From: Eledone cirrhosa | Lineage: Eukaryota | NCBI GenBank assembly: GCA_964016885.1 | Contig: OZ024740.1 | Location: 46,066,001 to 46,130,000 of the forward strand | DNA: 64,000 bases | Direction of reading: 5' to 3' | Shown: one piece after another, positions 35,401 through 50,400 of the stretch | Position numbering within the stretch: the first letter of the stretch is position 1 | Layout: every line of letters begins with the position of its first letter | Made by a program: the position numbers and the translations under genes | Notes under the pieces: model-generated | Databases searched by the model: none | What the model was told of the DNA's origin: nothing | Seen by the model: only the letters and a program-made list of their open reading frames with translations

Positions 35401-38400
35401 TGATGGCAGTCCTATGGTGGTGTATTGGTATAGTGGTATGATGGCAGTCCTATGGTGGTGTATTGGTATAGTGGTGTGGTGGTATGATGGCAGTCCTATG
35501 GCGGTATGTTGGTATAGTGGTGTGGTGGTATGATGGCAGTCCTATGATGGTATGTTAGTATAGAGGTATAGTGGTGTGGTGGTATGATGGCAGTCCTATG
35601 GCGGTATGTTGGTATAGTGGTGTGGTGGTATGATGGCAGTCCTATGATGGTATGTTAGTATAGAGGTATAGTGGTGAGGTGGTATGATGGCAGTCCTATG
35701 GTGGTGTGTTGGTATAGTGGTGTGGTGGTATGATGGCAGTCCTATGGTGGTGTGTTGGTATAGTGGTGTGGTGGTATGGTGGCAGTCCTATGGTGGTATG
35801 TTGGTATAGTGGTATAGTGGTGTGGTGGTAGGATGGCAGTCGTATGGTGGTGTGTTGGTATAGTGGTGTGGTGGTATGGTGGCAGTCCTATGGTGGTATA
35901 GTGGTATAGTGGTGTGGTGGTATGATGGCAGTCCTATGGTGGTATAGTGGTATAGTGGTGTGGTGGTATGATGGCAGTCCTATGGTGGTGTATTGGTATA
36001 GTGGTGTGGTGGTATGATGGCAGTCCTATGGCGGTATGTTGGTATAGTGGTGTGGTGGTATGATGGCAGTCCTATGATGGTATGTTGGTATAGTGGTATA
36101 GTGGTGTGGTGGTATGATGGCAGTCCTATGATGGTATGTTGGTATAGTGGTATAGTGGTGTGGTGGTATGATGGCAGTCCTATGATGGTATGTTAGTATA
36201 GAGGTATAGTGGTGTGGTGGTATGATGGCAGTCCTATGTTGGTATAGTGGTATAGTGGTGTGGTGGTAGGATGGCAGTCCTATGGTGGTGTGTTGGTATA
36301 GTGGTATAGTGGTGTTGTTGGTATGATGGCAGTCCTATGGTAGTATGTTGGTATAGTGTTATAGTGGTGTGGTGGCAGTCCTATGGTGGTGTGTTGGTAT
36401 AGTGGTGTGGTGGTATGATGGCAGTCCTATGGTGGTATAGTGGTATAGTGGTGTGGTGGTATGGAGGCAGTCCTATGGTGGTATAGTGGTATAGTGGTGT
36501 GGTGGTATGGTGGCAGTCCTATGGTGGTATAGTGGTATAGTGGTGTGGTGGTATGATGGCAGTCCTGTGGTGGTATGTTGGTATAGTGGTATAGTGGTGT
36601 GGTGGTATGATGGCAGTCCTATTGTAGTATGTTAGTATAGTGGTATATTGGTGTGGTGGTATGATGGCAGTCCTATGGTGGTGTGTTGGTATAGTGGTGT
36701 GGTGGTATGATGGCAGTCCTATGGTGGTGTGTTGGTATAGTGGTGTGGTGGTATGATGGCAGTCCTATGTTGGTATAGTGGTATAGTGGTGTGGTGGTAT
36801 GATGGCAGTCCTGTGTTGGTATAGTGGTATAGTGGTGTGTTGGTATAGTGGTATAGTGGTATGATGGCAGGCCTATGGTGGTGTGTTGGTATAGTGGTAT
36901 AGTGGGATGATGGCAGTCCTATGGGGGTATGTTGGTATAGAGGTATAGTGGTGTGGTGGTATGATGGCAGTCCTATGGTGGTACGTTGGTATAGTGGTGT
37001 GGTGGTATGATGGCAGTCCTATGGTGGTGTGTTGGTATAGTGGTGTGATGGTATGATGGCAGTCCTATGGTGGTATAGTGGTATAGTGGTGTGGTGGTAT
37101 GATGGCAGTCTTATGTTGGTATGGTGGTATAGTGGTGTGGTGGTATGATGGCAGACCTATGGTGGTGTGTTGGTATAGTAGTATAGTGGTGTTGTTGGTA
37201 TGATGGCAGTCCTATGGTAGTATGTTGGTATAGTGGTGTGGTGGTATGATGGCAGTCCTATGGTGGTATAGTGGTATAGTGGTGTGGTGGTATGATGGCA
37301 GTCCTATGTTGGTATAGTGGTATAGTGGTGTGATGGTATGATGGCAGTCCTATGGTGGTGTGTTGGTATAGTGGTGTGATGGTATGATGGCAGTCCTATG
37401 GTGGTATAGTGGTATAGTGGTGTGGTGGTATGATGGCAGTCCTGTGTTGGTATAGTGGTATAGTGGTGTGGTGGTATGATGGCAGTCCTATGGTGGTATG
37501 TTGGTATAGTGGTGTGGTGGTATGATGGCAGTCTTATGTTGGTATGGTGGTATAGTGGTGTGGTGGTATGATGGCAGTCCTATGGTGGTATGTTTGTGTA
37601 GTGGTGTGGTGGTATGGTGGCAGTCCTATGGTGGTATGTTGGTATAGTGGTATAGTGGTGTGGTGGTATGATGGCAGTCCTATGGTGGTGTGTTGGTATA
37701 GTGGTATAGTGGTATGATGGCAGTCCTATGGTGGTATGTTGGTATAGTGGTGTGGTGGTATGATGGCAGTCCTATGGTGGTGTGTTGGTATAGTGGTGTG
37801 GTGGTATGATGGCAGTCCTATGATGGTATTGTGGTATAGTGGTGTGGTGGTATGATGGCAGTCCTATGGTGGTATGGTGGTATAGTGGTGTGGTGGTATG
37901 ATGGCAGTCCTATGGTGGTATGTTGGTATAGTGGTGTGATGGTATGATGGCAGTCCTATGTTGGTATGGTGGTATAGTGGTGTGGTGGTATGATGGCAGT
38001 CCTATGGTGGTATGTTGGTATAGTTGTGTGATGGTATGATGGCAGTCCTATCATGGTTTGTTGGTATAGTGGTGTGGTGGTATGATGGCAGTCCTATGGT
38101 GGTATGTTGGTATAGTGGTGTGGTGGTATGATGGCAGTCCTATGGTGGTGTAGTGGTATGATGGCAGTCCTATGGTGGTGTGTTGGTATAGTGGTGTGGT
38201 GGTATGATGGCAGTCCTATCGTGGTTTGTTGGTATAGTGGTGTGGTGGTATGATGGCAGTCCTATGGTGGTATGGTCGTATAGTGGTGTGGTGGTATGAT
38301 GGCAGTCCTATGGTGGTATGTTGGTATAGTGGTGTGGTGGTATGATGGCAGTCCTATGGTGGTATGTTGGTATAGTGGTGTGGTGGTATGATGGCAGTCC

Positions 38401-41400
38401 TATGGTGGTGTGTTGGTATAGTGGTATAGTGGTGTGGTGGTATGATGGCAGTCCTATGGCGGTATGTTGGTATAGTGGTGTGGTGGTATGATGGCAGTCC
38501 TATGATGGTATGTTGGTATAGTGGTGTGGTGGTATGATGGCAGTCCTATGGTGGTATGGTGGTATGATGGCAGTCCTATGGTGGTATGGTGGTATAGTGG
38601 TGTGGTGGTATGATGGCAGTCCTATGGTGGTATGGTGGTATAGTGGTGTGGTGGTATGATGGCAGTCCTATGATGGTATGTTGGTATAGTGGTGTGGTGG
38701 TATGATGGCAGTCCTATGGTGGTATGGTGGTATGATGGCAGTCCTATGGTGGTATGGTGGTATAGTGGTGTGGTGGTATGATGGCAGTCCTATGGTGGTA
38801 TGGTGGTATGATGGCAGTCCTATGGTGGTATAGTGGTATAGTGGTGTGGTGGTATGATGGCAGTCCTATGGTGGTATGTTGGTATAGAGGTATAGTGGTG
38901 TGGTGGTGTGATGGCAGTCCTATGGTGGTATGTTGGTATAGAGGTGTGGTGGTATGATGGCAGTCCTATGTTGGTATAGTGGTATAGTGGTGTGGTGGTT
39001 TGATGGCAGTCCTATGGTGGTGTGTTGGTATAGTGGTGTGGTGGTATGATGGCAGTCCTATGGTGGTATGTTGATATAGTGGTGTGGTGGTATGATGGCA
39101 GTCCTATGTTGGTATAGTGGTATAGTGGTGTGGTGGTTTGATGGCAGTCCTATGGTGGTGTGTTGGTATAGTGGTGTGGTGGTATGATGGCAGTCCTATG
39201 GTGGTATGTTGATATAGTGGTGTGGTGGTATGATGGCAGTCCTATGTTGGTATAGTGGTATAGTGGTGTGGTGGTTTGATGGCAGTCCTATGGTGGTGTG
39301 TTGGTATAGTGGTGTGGTGGTATGATGGCAGTCCTATGGTGGTGTGTTGGTATAGTGGTATAGTGGTGTGGTGGTATGATGGCAGTCCTATGGTGGTGTG
39401 TTGGTATAGTGGTATAGTGGTGTGGTGGTATGATGGCAGTCCTATGGTGGTATTTTGGTATAGTGGTGTGTTGGTATGATGGCAGTCCTATGGTGGTGTG
39501 TTGATATAGTGGTGTGGTGGTATGATGGCAGTCCTATGGTGGTGTGTTGGTATAGTGGTGTGGTGGTATGATGGCTGTCCTATGGTGGTATGTTGGTATA
39601 GTGGTGTGGTGGTATGATGGCAGTCCTATGGTGGTATGTTGGTATAGTGGTGTGGTGGTATGATGGCAGTCCTATGGTGGTATGTTGGTATAGTGGTGTG
39701 GTGGTATGGTGGCAGTCCTATGGTGGTATATTGGTATAGTGGTATAGTGGTATGATGGCAGTCCTATGGTGGTATGGTGGTATAGTGGTGTGGTGGTATG
39801 ATGGCAGTCCTATGGTGGTATGTTGGTATAGTGGTGTGGTGGTATGGTGGCAGTCCTATGGTGGTATATTGGTATAGTGGTATAGTGGTATGATGGCAGT
39901 CCTATGGTGGTATGGTGGTATAGTGGTGTGATGGTATGATGGCAGTCTTATGGTAGTATGTTGGTATAGTGGTGTGATGGTATGATGGCAGTCTTATGGA
40001 GGTATGTTGGTATAGTGATATAGTGGTGTGGTGGTATGATGGCAGTCCTGTGGTGGTATGGTGGTATAGTGGCATAGTGGTGTGGTGGTATGATGGCAGT
40101 CCTATGGTGGTATGTTGGTATAGAGGTATAGTGGTGTGGTGATATGATGGCAGTCCTATGGTGGTATGTTGGTATGCTGGTATCGTGGTGTGGTGGTATG
40201 ATGGCAGTCCTATGGTGGTATGTTGGTATAGAGGTATAGTGGTGTGGTGGTATGATGGCAGTCCTATGGTGGTATGTTGGTATGTTGGTATCGTGGTGTG
40301 GTGGTATGATGGCAGTGCTATGGTAGTATGTTGGTATAGTGGTGTGATGGTATGATGGCAGACCTATCGTGGTTTGTTGGTATAGTGGTGTGGTGGTATG
40401 ATGGCAGTCCTATGGTGGTATGGTCGTATAGTGGTGTGGTGGTATGATGGCAGTCCTATGGTGGTGTGTTGATATAGTGGTATAGTGGTGTGGTGGTATA
40501 ATGGCAGTCCTATGGTGGTGTGTCGGTATAGTGGTGTGGTGGTATGATGGCAGTCCTATGTTGGTATAGTGGTATAGTGGTGTGGTGGTATGAAGGCAGT
40601 CCTATGGTGGTGTGTCGGTATAGTGGTGTGGTGGTATGATGGCAGCCCTATGGTGGTGTGTTGGTATAGTGGTGTGTTGGTATGATGGCAGTCCTATGTT
40701 GGTATAGTGGTATAGTGGTGTGGTGGTATGATGGCAGTCCTATGGTGGTATGTTGGTATAGTGGTGTGGTGGTATGATGGCAGTCCTATGTTGGTATAGT
40801 GGTATAGTGGTATAGTGGTGTGGTGGCAGTCCTATGGTGGTATGTTGGTATAGTGGTATAGTGGTGTGGTGGTATGATGGCAGTCCTATGGTGGTATGTT
40901 GGTATAGTGGTATAGTGGTGTGGTGGTATGATGGCAGTCCTATGGTGGTATGTTGGTATAGTGGTATAGTGGTATGGTGGCAGTCCTATGGTGGTATGTT
41001 GGTATAGTGGTATAGTGGTGTGGTGGTATGATGGCAGTCCTATGGTAGTATGTTAGTATAGTGGTACAGTGGTGTGGTGGTATGATGGCAGTCCTATGGT
41101 GGTATGTTGGTATAGTGGTGTGGTGGTATGATGGCAGTCCTATGGTGGTGTGTTGGTATAGTGGTATAGTGGTGTGGTGGTATGATGGCAGTCCTATGGT
41201 AGTATGTTGGTATAGTGGTATAGTGGTGTGGTGGTATGATGGCAGTCCTATGGTGGTGTGTTGGTATAGTGGTATAGTGGTGTGGTGGTATGATGGCAGT
41301 CCTATGGTAGTATGTTAGTATAGTGGTACAGTGGTGTGGTGGTATGATGGCAGTCCTATGGTGGTATGTTGGTATAGTGGTGTGGTGGTAGGATGGCAGT

Positions 41401-44400
41401 CCTATGGTGGTGTGTTGGTATAGTGGTATAGTGGTGTTGTTGGTATGATGGCAGTCTTATGGTAGTATGTTGGTATAGTGGTGTGGTGGTATGATGGCAG
41501 TCATATGGTGGTATGTTGGTATAGTGGTATAGTGGTGTGGTGGCAGTCCTATGGTGGTGTGTTGGTATAGTGGTGTGGTGGTATGATGGCAGTCCTATGG
41601 TGGTATAGTGGTATAGTGGTGTTGTGGTATGATGGCAGTCCTATGGTGGTATGTTGGTATAGAGGTATAGTGGTGTGGTGGTATGATGGCAGTCCTATGG
41701 TGGTATAGTGGTATAGTGGTGTTGTGGTATGATGGCAGTCCTATGGTAGTATGTTGGTATAGTGGTATAGTGGTGTGGTGGTATGATGGCAGTTCTATGG
41801 TGGTACGGTGGTATAGTGGTGTGGTGGTATAATGGCAGTCCAATGGTGGTATAGTGGTGTGGTGGTATGATGGCAGTCCTATGGTGGTATGTTGGTATAG
41901 TGGTATAGTGGTGTGGTGGTATGATGGCAGTCCTATGGTGGTGTGTTGATATAGTGGTATAGTGGTATGATGGCAGTCCTATGGTGGTATGTTGGTATAG
42001 TGGTGAGGTGGTATGATGGCAGTCCTATGGTGGTGTGTTGGTATAGTGGTGAGGTGGTATGATGGCAGTCCTATGGTGGTATGTTGGTATAGTGGTGAGG
42101 TGGTATGATGGCAGTCCTATGGTGGTATGTTGGTATAGTGGTATAGTGGTGTGGTGGTATGATGGCAGTCCTATGGTGGTGTGTTGATATAGTGGTATAG
42201 TGGTATGATGGCAGTCCTATGGTGGTATGGTGGTATAGTGGTGTGGTGGTATGATGGCAGTCCTATGATGGTATGGTGGTATAGTGGTGTGGTGGTATGA
42301 TGGCAGTCCTATGGAGGTATAGTGGTATAGTGGTGCGGTGGTATGATGGCAGTCCTATGGTGGTATGTTGGTATAGAGGTATAGTGGTGTGGTGGTATGA
42401 TGGCAGTCCTATGGTGGTATAGTGGTATAGTGGTGTGGTGGTATGATGGCAGTCCTATGGTGGTATGTTGGTATAGTGGTATAGTGGTGTGGTGGCAGTC
42501 CTATGGTGGTGTGTTGGTATAGTGGTGTGGTGGTATGATGGCAGTCCTATAGGGCTATGTTGGTATAGCGGTATAGTGGTGTGGTGGTATGATGGCAGTC
42601 CTATGGTGGTACGTTGGTATAGTGGTGTGGTGGTATGATGGCAGTCCTATGGTGGTGTGTTGGTAAAGTGGTATAGTGGTGTTGTTGGTATGATGGCAGT
42701 CCTATGGTAGTATGTTGGTATAGTGGTGTGGTGGTATGATGGCAGTCCTATGGTGGTATGTTGGTATAGTGGTATAGTGGTGTGGTGGCAGTCCTATGGT
42801 GGTGTGTTGGTATAGTGGTGTGGTGGTATGATGGCAGTCCTATGGTGGTATAGTGGTATAGTGGTGTGGTGGTATGATGGCAGTCCTATGGTGGTATGTT
42901 GGTATAGTGGTATAGTGGTGTGGTGGTATGATGGCAGTCCTATGGTGGTATGTTAGTATAGTGGTATAGTGGTGTGGTGGTATGATGGCAGTCCTATGGT
43001 GGTATGTTGGTATAGTGGTGTGGTGGTATGATGGCAGTCCTATGGTAGTATGTTGGTATAGTTGTATAGTGGTGTGGTGGTATGATGGCAGTCCTATGGT
43101 GGTGTGTTGGTATAGTGGTATAGTGGGATGATGGCAGTCCTATGGTGGTGTGTTGGTATAGTGGTGTGGTGGTATGATGGCAGTCCTATGGTGGTGTGTT
43201 GGTATAGTGGTGTGGTGATATGATGGCAGTCCTATGTTGGTATAGTGGTATAGTGGTGTGGTGGTATGATGGCAGTCCTATGGTGGTATGGTGGTATAGT
43301 GGTGTGGTGGTATGATGGCAGTCCTATGTTGGTATAGTGGTATAGTGGTGTGTATGTATAGTGGTATAGTGGTATGATGGCAGTCCTATGGTGGTATGTT
43401 GGTATAGTGGTATGATGGCAGTTCTATAGTGGTATGTTGGTATAGTGGTGTGGTGGTATGATGGCAGTCCTATGGGGGTATGTTGGTATAGAGGTATAGT
43501 GGTGTGGTGGTATGATGGCAGTCCTATGGTGGTACGTTGGTATAGTGGTGTGGTGGTATGATGGCAGTCCTATGGTGGTACGTTGGTATAGTGGTGTGGT
43601 GGTATGATGGCAGTCCTATGTTGGTATAGTGGTATAGTGGTGTGGTGGTATGATGGCAGTCCTATGGTGGTGTGTTGGTATAGTGGTGTGGTGGTATGAT
43701 GGCAGTCCTATGGTGGTATAGTGGTATAGTGGTGTGGTGGTATGATGGCAGTCCTATGTTGGTATAGTGGTATAGTGGTGTGATGGTATGATGGCAGTCC
43801 TATGGTGGTATAGTGGTATAGTGGTGTGGTGGTATGACGGCAGTCCTATGGCAGTATGTTGGTATAGTGGTGTGGTGGTATGATGGCAGTCTTATGTTGG
43901 TATGTTGGTATAGTGGTGTGGTGGTATGACGGCAGTCCTATGGCAGTATGTTGGTATAGTGGTGTGGTGGTATGATGGCAGTCTTATGTTGGTATGTTGG
44001 TATAGTGATGAGGTGGTATGATGGCAGTCCTATGTTGGTATAGTGGTATAGTGGTGTGGTGGTATGATGGCAGTCCTATGGTGGTGTGTTGGTATAGTGG
44101 TATAGTGGTGTTGTTGGTATGATGGCAGTCCTATGGTGGTATGTTGGTATAGTGGTGTGGTGGTATGGTGGCAGTCCTATGGTGGTATGTTGGTATAGAG
44201 GTATAGTGGTGTGGTGGTATGATGGCAGTCCTATGGTGGTGTGTTGGTATAGTGGTATAGTGGTATGATGGCAGTCCTATGGTGGTATGTTGGTATAGTG
44301 GTGTGGTGGTATGATGGCAGTCCTATGGTGGTGTGTTGGTATAGTGGTGTGGTGGTATGATGGCAATCCTATGGTGGTATGTTGGTATAGTGGTGTGGTG

Positions 44401-47400
44401 GTATGATGGCAGTACTATGGTGGTATGTTGGTATAGTGGTGTGATGGTATGATGTCAGTCCTATCGTGGTTTGTTGGTATAGTGGTGTGGTGGTATGATG
44501 GCAGTCCTATGGTGGTATGTTGGTATAGTGGTGTGGTGGTATGATGGCAGTCCTATGATGGTATGTTGGTATAGTGGTATAGTGGTGTGGTGGTATGATG
44601 GCAGTCCTATGGCGGTATGTTGGTATAGTGGTGTGGTGGTATGATGGCAGTCCTATGGCGGTATGTTGGTATAGTGGTGTGGTGGTATGATGGCAGTCCT
44701 ATGATGGTATGTTAGTATAGTGGTATAGTGGTGTGGTGGTATGATGGCAGTCCTATGGTAGTATGTTAGTATAGTGGTATAGTGGTGTGGTGGTATGATG
44801 GCAGTCCTATGGTGGTATGGTGGTATAGTGGTGTGGTGGTATGATGGCAGTCCTATGGGGGTATGTTTGTATAGTGGTGTGGTGGTATGATGGCAGTCCT
44901 ATGGTAGTATGTTGGTATAGTGGTATAGTGGTGTGGTGGTATGATGGCAGTCCTATGGTGGTGTGGTGGTATAGTGGTATGATGGCAGTCCTATGGTGGT
45001 GTGTTGGTATAGTGGTGTGGTGGTATGATGGCAGCCCTATGGTGGTGTGTTGGTATAGTGGTGTGTTGGTATGATGGCAGTCCTATGTTGGTATAGTGGT
45101 ATAGTGGTGTGGTGGTATGATGGCAGTCCTATGGTGGTATGTTGGTATAGTGGTGTGGTGGTATGATGGCAGTCCTATGTTGGTATAGTGGTATAGTGGT
45201 GTTGTGGTATGATGGCAGTCCTATGGTGGTGTGTTGGTATAGTGGTATAGTGGTGTGGTGGTATGATGGCAGTCCTATGGTGGTATGTTGGTATAGTGGT
45301 ATAGTGGTGTGGTGGCAGTCCTATGTTGGTGTGTTGGTATAGTGGTGTGGTGGTATGATGGCAGTCCTATGGTGGTATGTTGGTATAGTGGTGTGGTGGT
45401 ATGATGGCAGTCCTATGGGGGTATGTTGGTATAGAGGTATAGTGGTGTGGTGGTATGATGGCAGTCCTATGGTGGTATGTTGGTATAGAGGTATAGTGGT
45501 GTGGTGGTATGATGGCAGTCGTATGTTGGTATAGTGGTATAGTGGTGTGGTGGTAGGATGGCAGTCCTATGGTGGTGTGTTGGTATAGTGGTATAGTGGT
45601 GTTGTTGGTATGATGGCAGTCCTATGGTAGTATGTTGGTATAGTGGTGTGGTGGTATGATGGCAGTCCTATGGTAGTATGTTGGTATAGTGTTATAGTGG
45701 TGTGGTGGCAGTCCTATGGTGGTGTGTTGGTATAGTGGTGTGGTGGTATGGTGGCAGTCCTATGGTGGTATAGTGGTATAGTGGTGTGGTGGTATGATGG
45801 CAGTCCTATGGTGGTATGTTGGTATAGTGGTATAGTGGTGTGGTGGTATGATGGCAGTCCTATTGTAGTATGTTAGTATAGTGGTATATTGGTGTGGTGG
45901 TATGATGGCTGTCCTATGGTGGTATGTTGGTATAGTGGTATAGTGGTGTGGTGGTATGATGGCAGTCCTATGGTGGTATGTTGGTATAGTGGTATAGTGG
46001 TGTGGTGGTATGATGGCAGTCCTATTGTAGTATGTTAGTATAGTGGTATATTGGTGTGGTGGTATGATGGCAGTCCTATGGTGGTATGTTGGTATAGTGG
46101 TGTGGTGGTATGATGGCAGTCCTATGGTAGTATGTTGGTATAGTGGTATAGTGGTGTGGTGGTATGATGGCAGACCTATGGTGGTGTGTTGGTATAGTGG
46201 TATAGTGGGATGATGGCAGTCCTATGGTGGTGTGTTGGTATAGTGGTGTGGTGGTATGATGGCAGTCCTATGGTGGTATGTTGGTATAGTGGTGTGGTGG
46301 TATGATGGCAGTCCTATGGTGGTATGTTGGTATAGTGGTATAGTGGTGTGGTGGTATGATGGCAGTCCTATGGTGGTGTGTTGGTATAGTGGTATAGTGG
46401 TGTGGTGGTATGATGGCAGTCCTATGGTGGTATGTTGGTATAGTGGTATAGTGGTGTGGTGGCAGTCCTATGTTGGTGTGTTGGTATAGTGGTGTGGTGG
46501 TATGATGGCAGTCCTATGGTGGTATGTTGGTATAGTGGTGTGGTGGTATGATGGCAGTCCTATGGGGGTATGTTGGTATAGAGGTATAGTGGTGTGGTGG
46601 TATGATGGCAGTCCTATGGTGGTATGTTGGTATAGTGGTGTGGTGGTATGATGGCAGTCCTATGGGGGTATGTTGGTATAGAGGTATAGTGGTGTGGTGG
46701 TATGATGGCAGTCGTATGTTGGTATAGTGGTATAGTGGTGTGGTGGTAGGATGGCAGTCCTATGGTGGTGTGTTGGTATAGTGGTGTGGTGGTATGATGG
46801 CAGTCCTATGGTAGTATGTTGGTATAGTGGTGTGGTGGTATGATGGCAGTCCTATGGTAGTATGTTGGTATAGTGTTATAGTGGTGTGGTGGCAGTCCTA
46901 TGGTGGTGTGTTGGTATAGTGGTGTGGTGGTATGGTGGCAGTCCTATGGTGGTATAGTGGTATAGTGGTGTGGTGGTATGATGGCAGTCCTATGGTGGTA
47001 TGTTGGTATAGTGGTATAGTGGTGTGGTGGTATGATGGCAGTCCTATTGTAGTATGTTAGTATAGTGGTATATTGGTGTGGTGGTATGATGGCAGTTCTA
47101 TTGTAGTATGTTAGTATAGTGGTATAGTGGTGTGGTGGTATGATGGCAGTCCTATGGTGGTATGTTGGTATAGTGGTGTGGTGGTATGATGGCAGTCCTA
47201 TGGTAGTATGTTGGTATAGTGGTATAGTGGTGTGGTGGTATGATGGCAGTCCTATTGTAGTATGTTAGTATAGTGGTGTGGTGGTATGATGGCAGTCCTA
47301 TGGTAGTATGTTGGTATAGTGGTATAGTGGTGTGGTGGTATGATGGCAGTCCTATTGTAGTATGTTAGTATAGTGGTATATTGGTGTGGTGGTATGATGG

Positions 47401-50400
47401 CAGTCCTATTGTAGTATGTTAGTATAGTGGTATAGTGGTGTGGTGGTATGATGGCAGTCCTATGGTGGTATGTTGGTATAGTGGTGTGGTGGTATGATGG
47501 CAGTCCTATGGTAGTATGTTAGTATAGTGGTATATTGGTGTGGTGGTATGATGGCAGTCCTATGGTGGTATGTTGGTATAGTGGTGTGGTGGTATGATGG
47601 CAGTCCTATGGTAGTATGTTGGTATAGTGGTATAGTGGTGTGGTGGTATGATGGCAGACCTATGGTGGTGTGTTGGTATAGTGGTATAGTGGGATGATGG
47701 CAGTCCTATGGTGGTGTGTTGGTATAGTGGTGTGGTGGTATGATGGCAGTCCTATGTTGGTATAGTGGTATAGTGGTGTGGTGGTATGATGGCAGTCCTG
47801 TGTTGGTATAGTGGTATAGTGGTGTGGTGGTATGATGGCAGTCCTATGGTGGTGTGTTGGTATAGTGGTGTGGTGGTATGATGGCAGTCCTATGTTGGTA
47901 TAGTGGTATAGTGGTGTGGTGGTATGATGGCAGTCCTGTGTTGGTATAGTGGTATAGTGGTGTGTTGGTATAGTGGTATAGTGGTATGATGGCAGGCCTA
48001 TGGTGGTGTGTTGGTATAGTGGTATAGTGGTATAGTGGTATGGTGGCAGTCCTATGGTGGTATAGTGGTATAGTGGTATAGTGGTATGATGGCAGTCCTA
48101 TGGTGGTACGTTGGTATAGTGGTGTGGTGGTATGATGGCAGTCCTATGTTGGTATAGTGGTATAGTGGTGTGGTGGTATGATGGCAGTCCTATGGTGGTG
48201 TGTTGGTATAGTAGTATAGTGGTGTTGTTGGTATGATGGCAGTCCTATGGTAGTATGTTGGTATAGTGGTGTGGTGGTATGATGGCAGTCCTATGGTAGT
48301 ATGTTGGTATAGTGGTGTGGTGGTATGATGGCAGTCCTATGGTGGTATAGTGGTATAGTGGTGTGGTGGTATGATGGCAGTCCTATGGTGGTATAGTGGT
48401 ATAGTGGTGTGGTGGTATGATGGCAGTCCTATGTTGGTATAGTGGTATAGTGGTGTGATGGTATGATGGCAGTCCTATGGTGGTATAGTGGTATAGTGGT
48501 GTGGTGGTATGATGGCAGTCCTATGGCAGTATGTTGGTATAGTGGTGTGGTGGTATGATGGCAGTCTTATGTTGGTATGGTGGTATAGTGGTGTGGTGGT
48601 ATGATGGCAGTCCTATGGTGGTATGTTTGTGTAGTGGTGTGGTGGTATGGTGGCAGTCCTATGGTGGTATGTTGGTATAGTGGTATAGTGGTGTGGTGGT
48701 ATGATGGCAGTCCTATGGTGGTGTGTTGGTATAGTGGTATAGTGGTATGATGGCAGTCCTATGGTGGTATGTTGGTATAGTGGTGTGGTGGTATGATGGC
48801 AGTCCGATGGTGGTGTGTTGGTATAGTGGTGTGGTGGTATGATGGCAGTCCTATGATGGTATTGTGGTATAGTGGTGTGGTGGTATGATGGCAGTCCTAT
48901 GGTGGTATGGTGGTATAGTGGTGTGGTGGTATGATGGCAGTCCTATGGTGGTGTGTTGGTATAGTGGTGTGGTGGTATGATGGCAGTCCTATGGTAGTAT
49001 GTTGGTATAGTGGTATAGTGGTGTGGTGGTATGATGGCAGTCCTATGGTGGTATGTTGGTATAGTGGTGTGGTGGTATGATGGCAGTCCTATGTTGGTAT
49101 AGTGGTATAGTGGTGTGGTGGTATGATGGCAGTCCTATGGTGGTATGTTGGTATAGTGGTGTGGTGGTATGATGGCAGTCCTATGGTGGTATGTTGGTAT
49201 AGTGGTGTGGTGGTATGATGGCAGTCCTATGGTGGTATGTTGGTATAGTGGTGTGGTGGTATGATGGCAGTCCTATGGTGGTATGTTGGTATAGTGGTGT
49301 GGTGGTATGATGGCAGTCCTATGGTAGTGTGTTGGTATAGTGGTGTGGTGGTATGATGGCAGTCCTATGTTGGTATAGTGGTATAGTGGTGTGGTGGTAT
49401 GATGGCAGTCCTATGGTGGTGTGTTGGTATAGAGGTATAGTGGTGTGGTGGTATGATGGCAGCCCTATGGTGGTATGGTGGTATAGTGGTGTGGTGGTAT
49501 GATGGCAGTCCTATGGTGGTATGTTGGTATAGTAGTGTGGTGGTATGATGGCAGTCCTATGGTAGTATGTTGGTATAGTGGTATAGTGGTGTGGTGGTAT
49601 GATGGCAGTCCTATGGTGGTATGTTGGTATAGTGGTGTGGTGGTATGATGGCAGTCCTATGGTAGTATGTTGGTATAGTGGTATAGTGGTGTGGTGGTAT
49701 GATGGCAGTCCTATGGTGGTATGTTGGTATAGTGGTGTGGTGGTATGATGGCAGTCCTATGGTGGTATGGTGGTATAGTGGTGTGGTGGTATGATGGCAG
49801 TCCTATGGTGGTATGTTGGTATAGTAGTGTGGTGGTATGATGGCAGTCCTATGGTAGTATGTTGGTATAGTGGTATAGTGGTGTGGTGGTATGATGGCAG
49901 TCCTATAGTGGTATGTTGGTATAGTGGTGTGGTGGTATGATGGCAGTCCTATGGTAGTATGTTGGTATAGTGGTATAGTGGTGTGGTGGTATGATGGTAG
50001 TCCTATGGTGGTATGTTGGTATAGTGGTGTGGTGGTATGATGGCAGTCCTATGGTAGTATGTTGGTATAGTGGTATAGTGGTGTGGTGGTATGATGGCAG
50101 TCCTATGGTAGTATGTTGGTATAGTGGTATAGTGGTGTGGTGGTATGATGGCAGTCCTATGGTGGTATGTTGGTATAGTGGTGTGGTGGTATGATGGCAG
50201 TCCTATGGTGGTATGGTGGTATAGTGGTGTGGTGGTATGATGGCAGTCCTATGGTGGTATGTTGGTATAGTAGTGTGGTGGTATGATGGCAGTCCTATGG
50301 TAGTATGTTGGTATAGTGGTATAGTGGTGTGGTGGTATGATGGCAGTCCTATGGTGGTATGTTGGTATAGTGGTGTGGTGGTATGATGGCAGTCCTATGG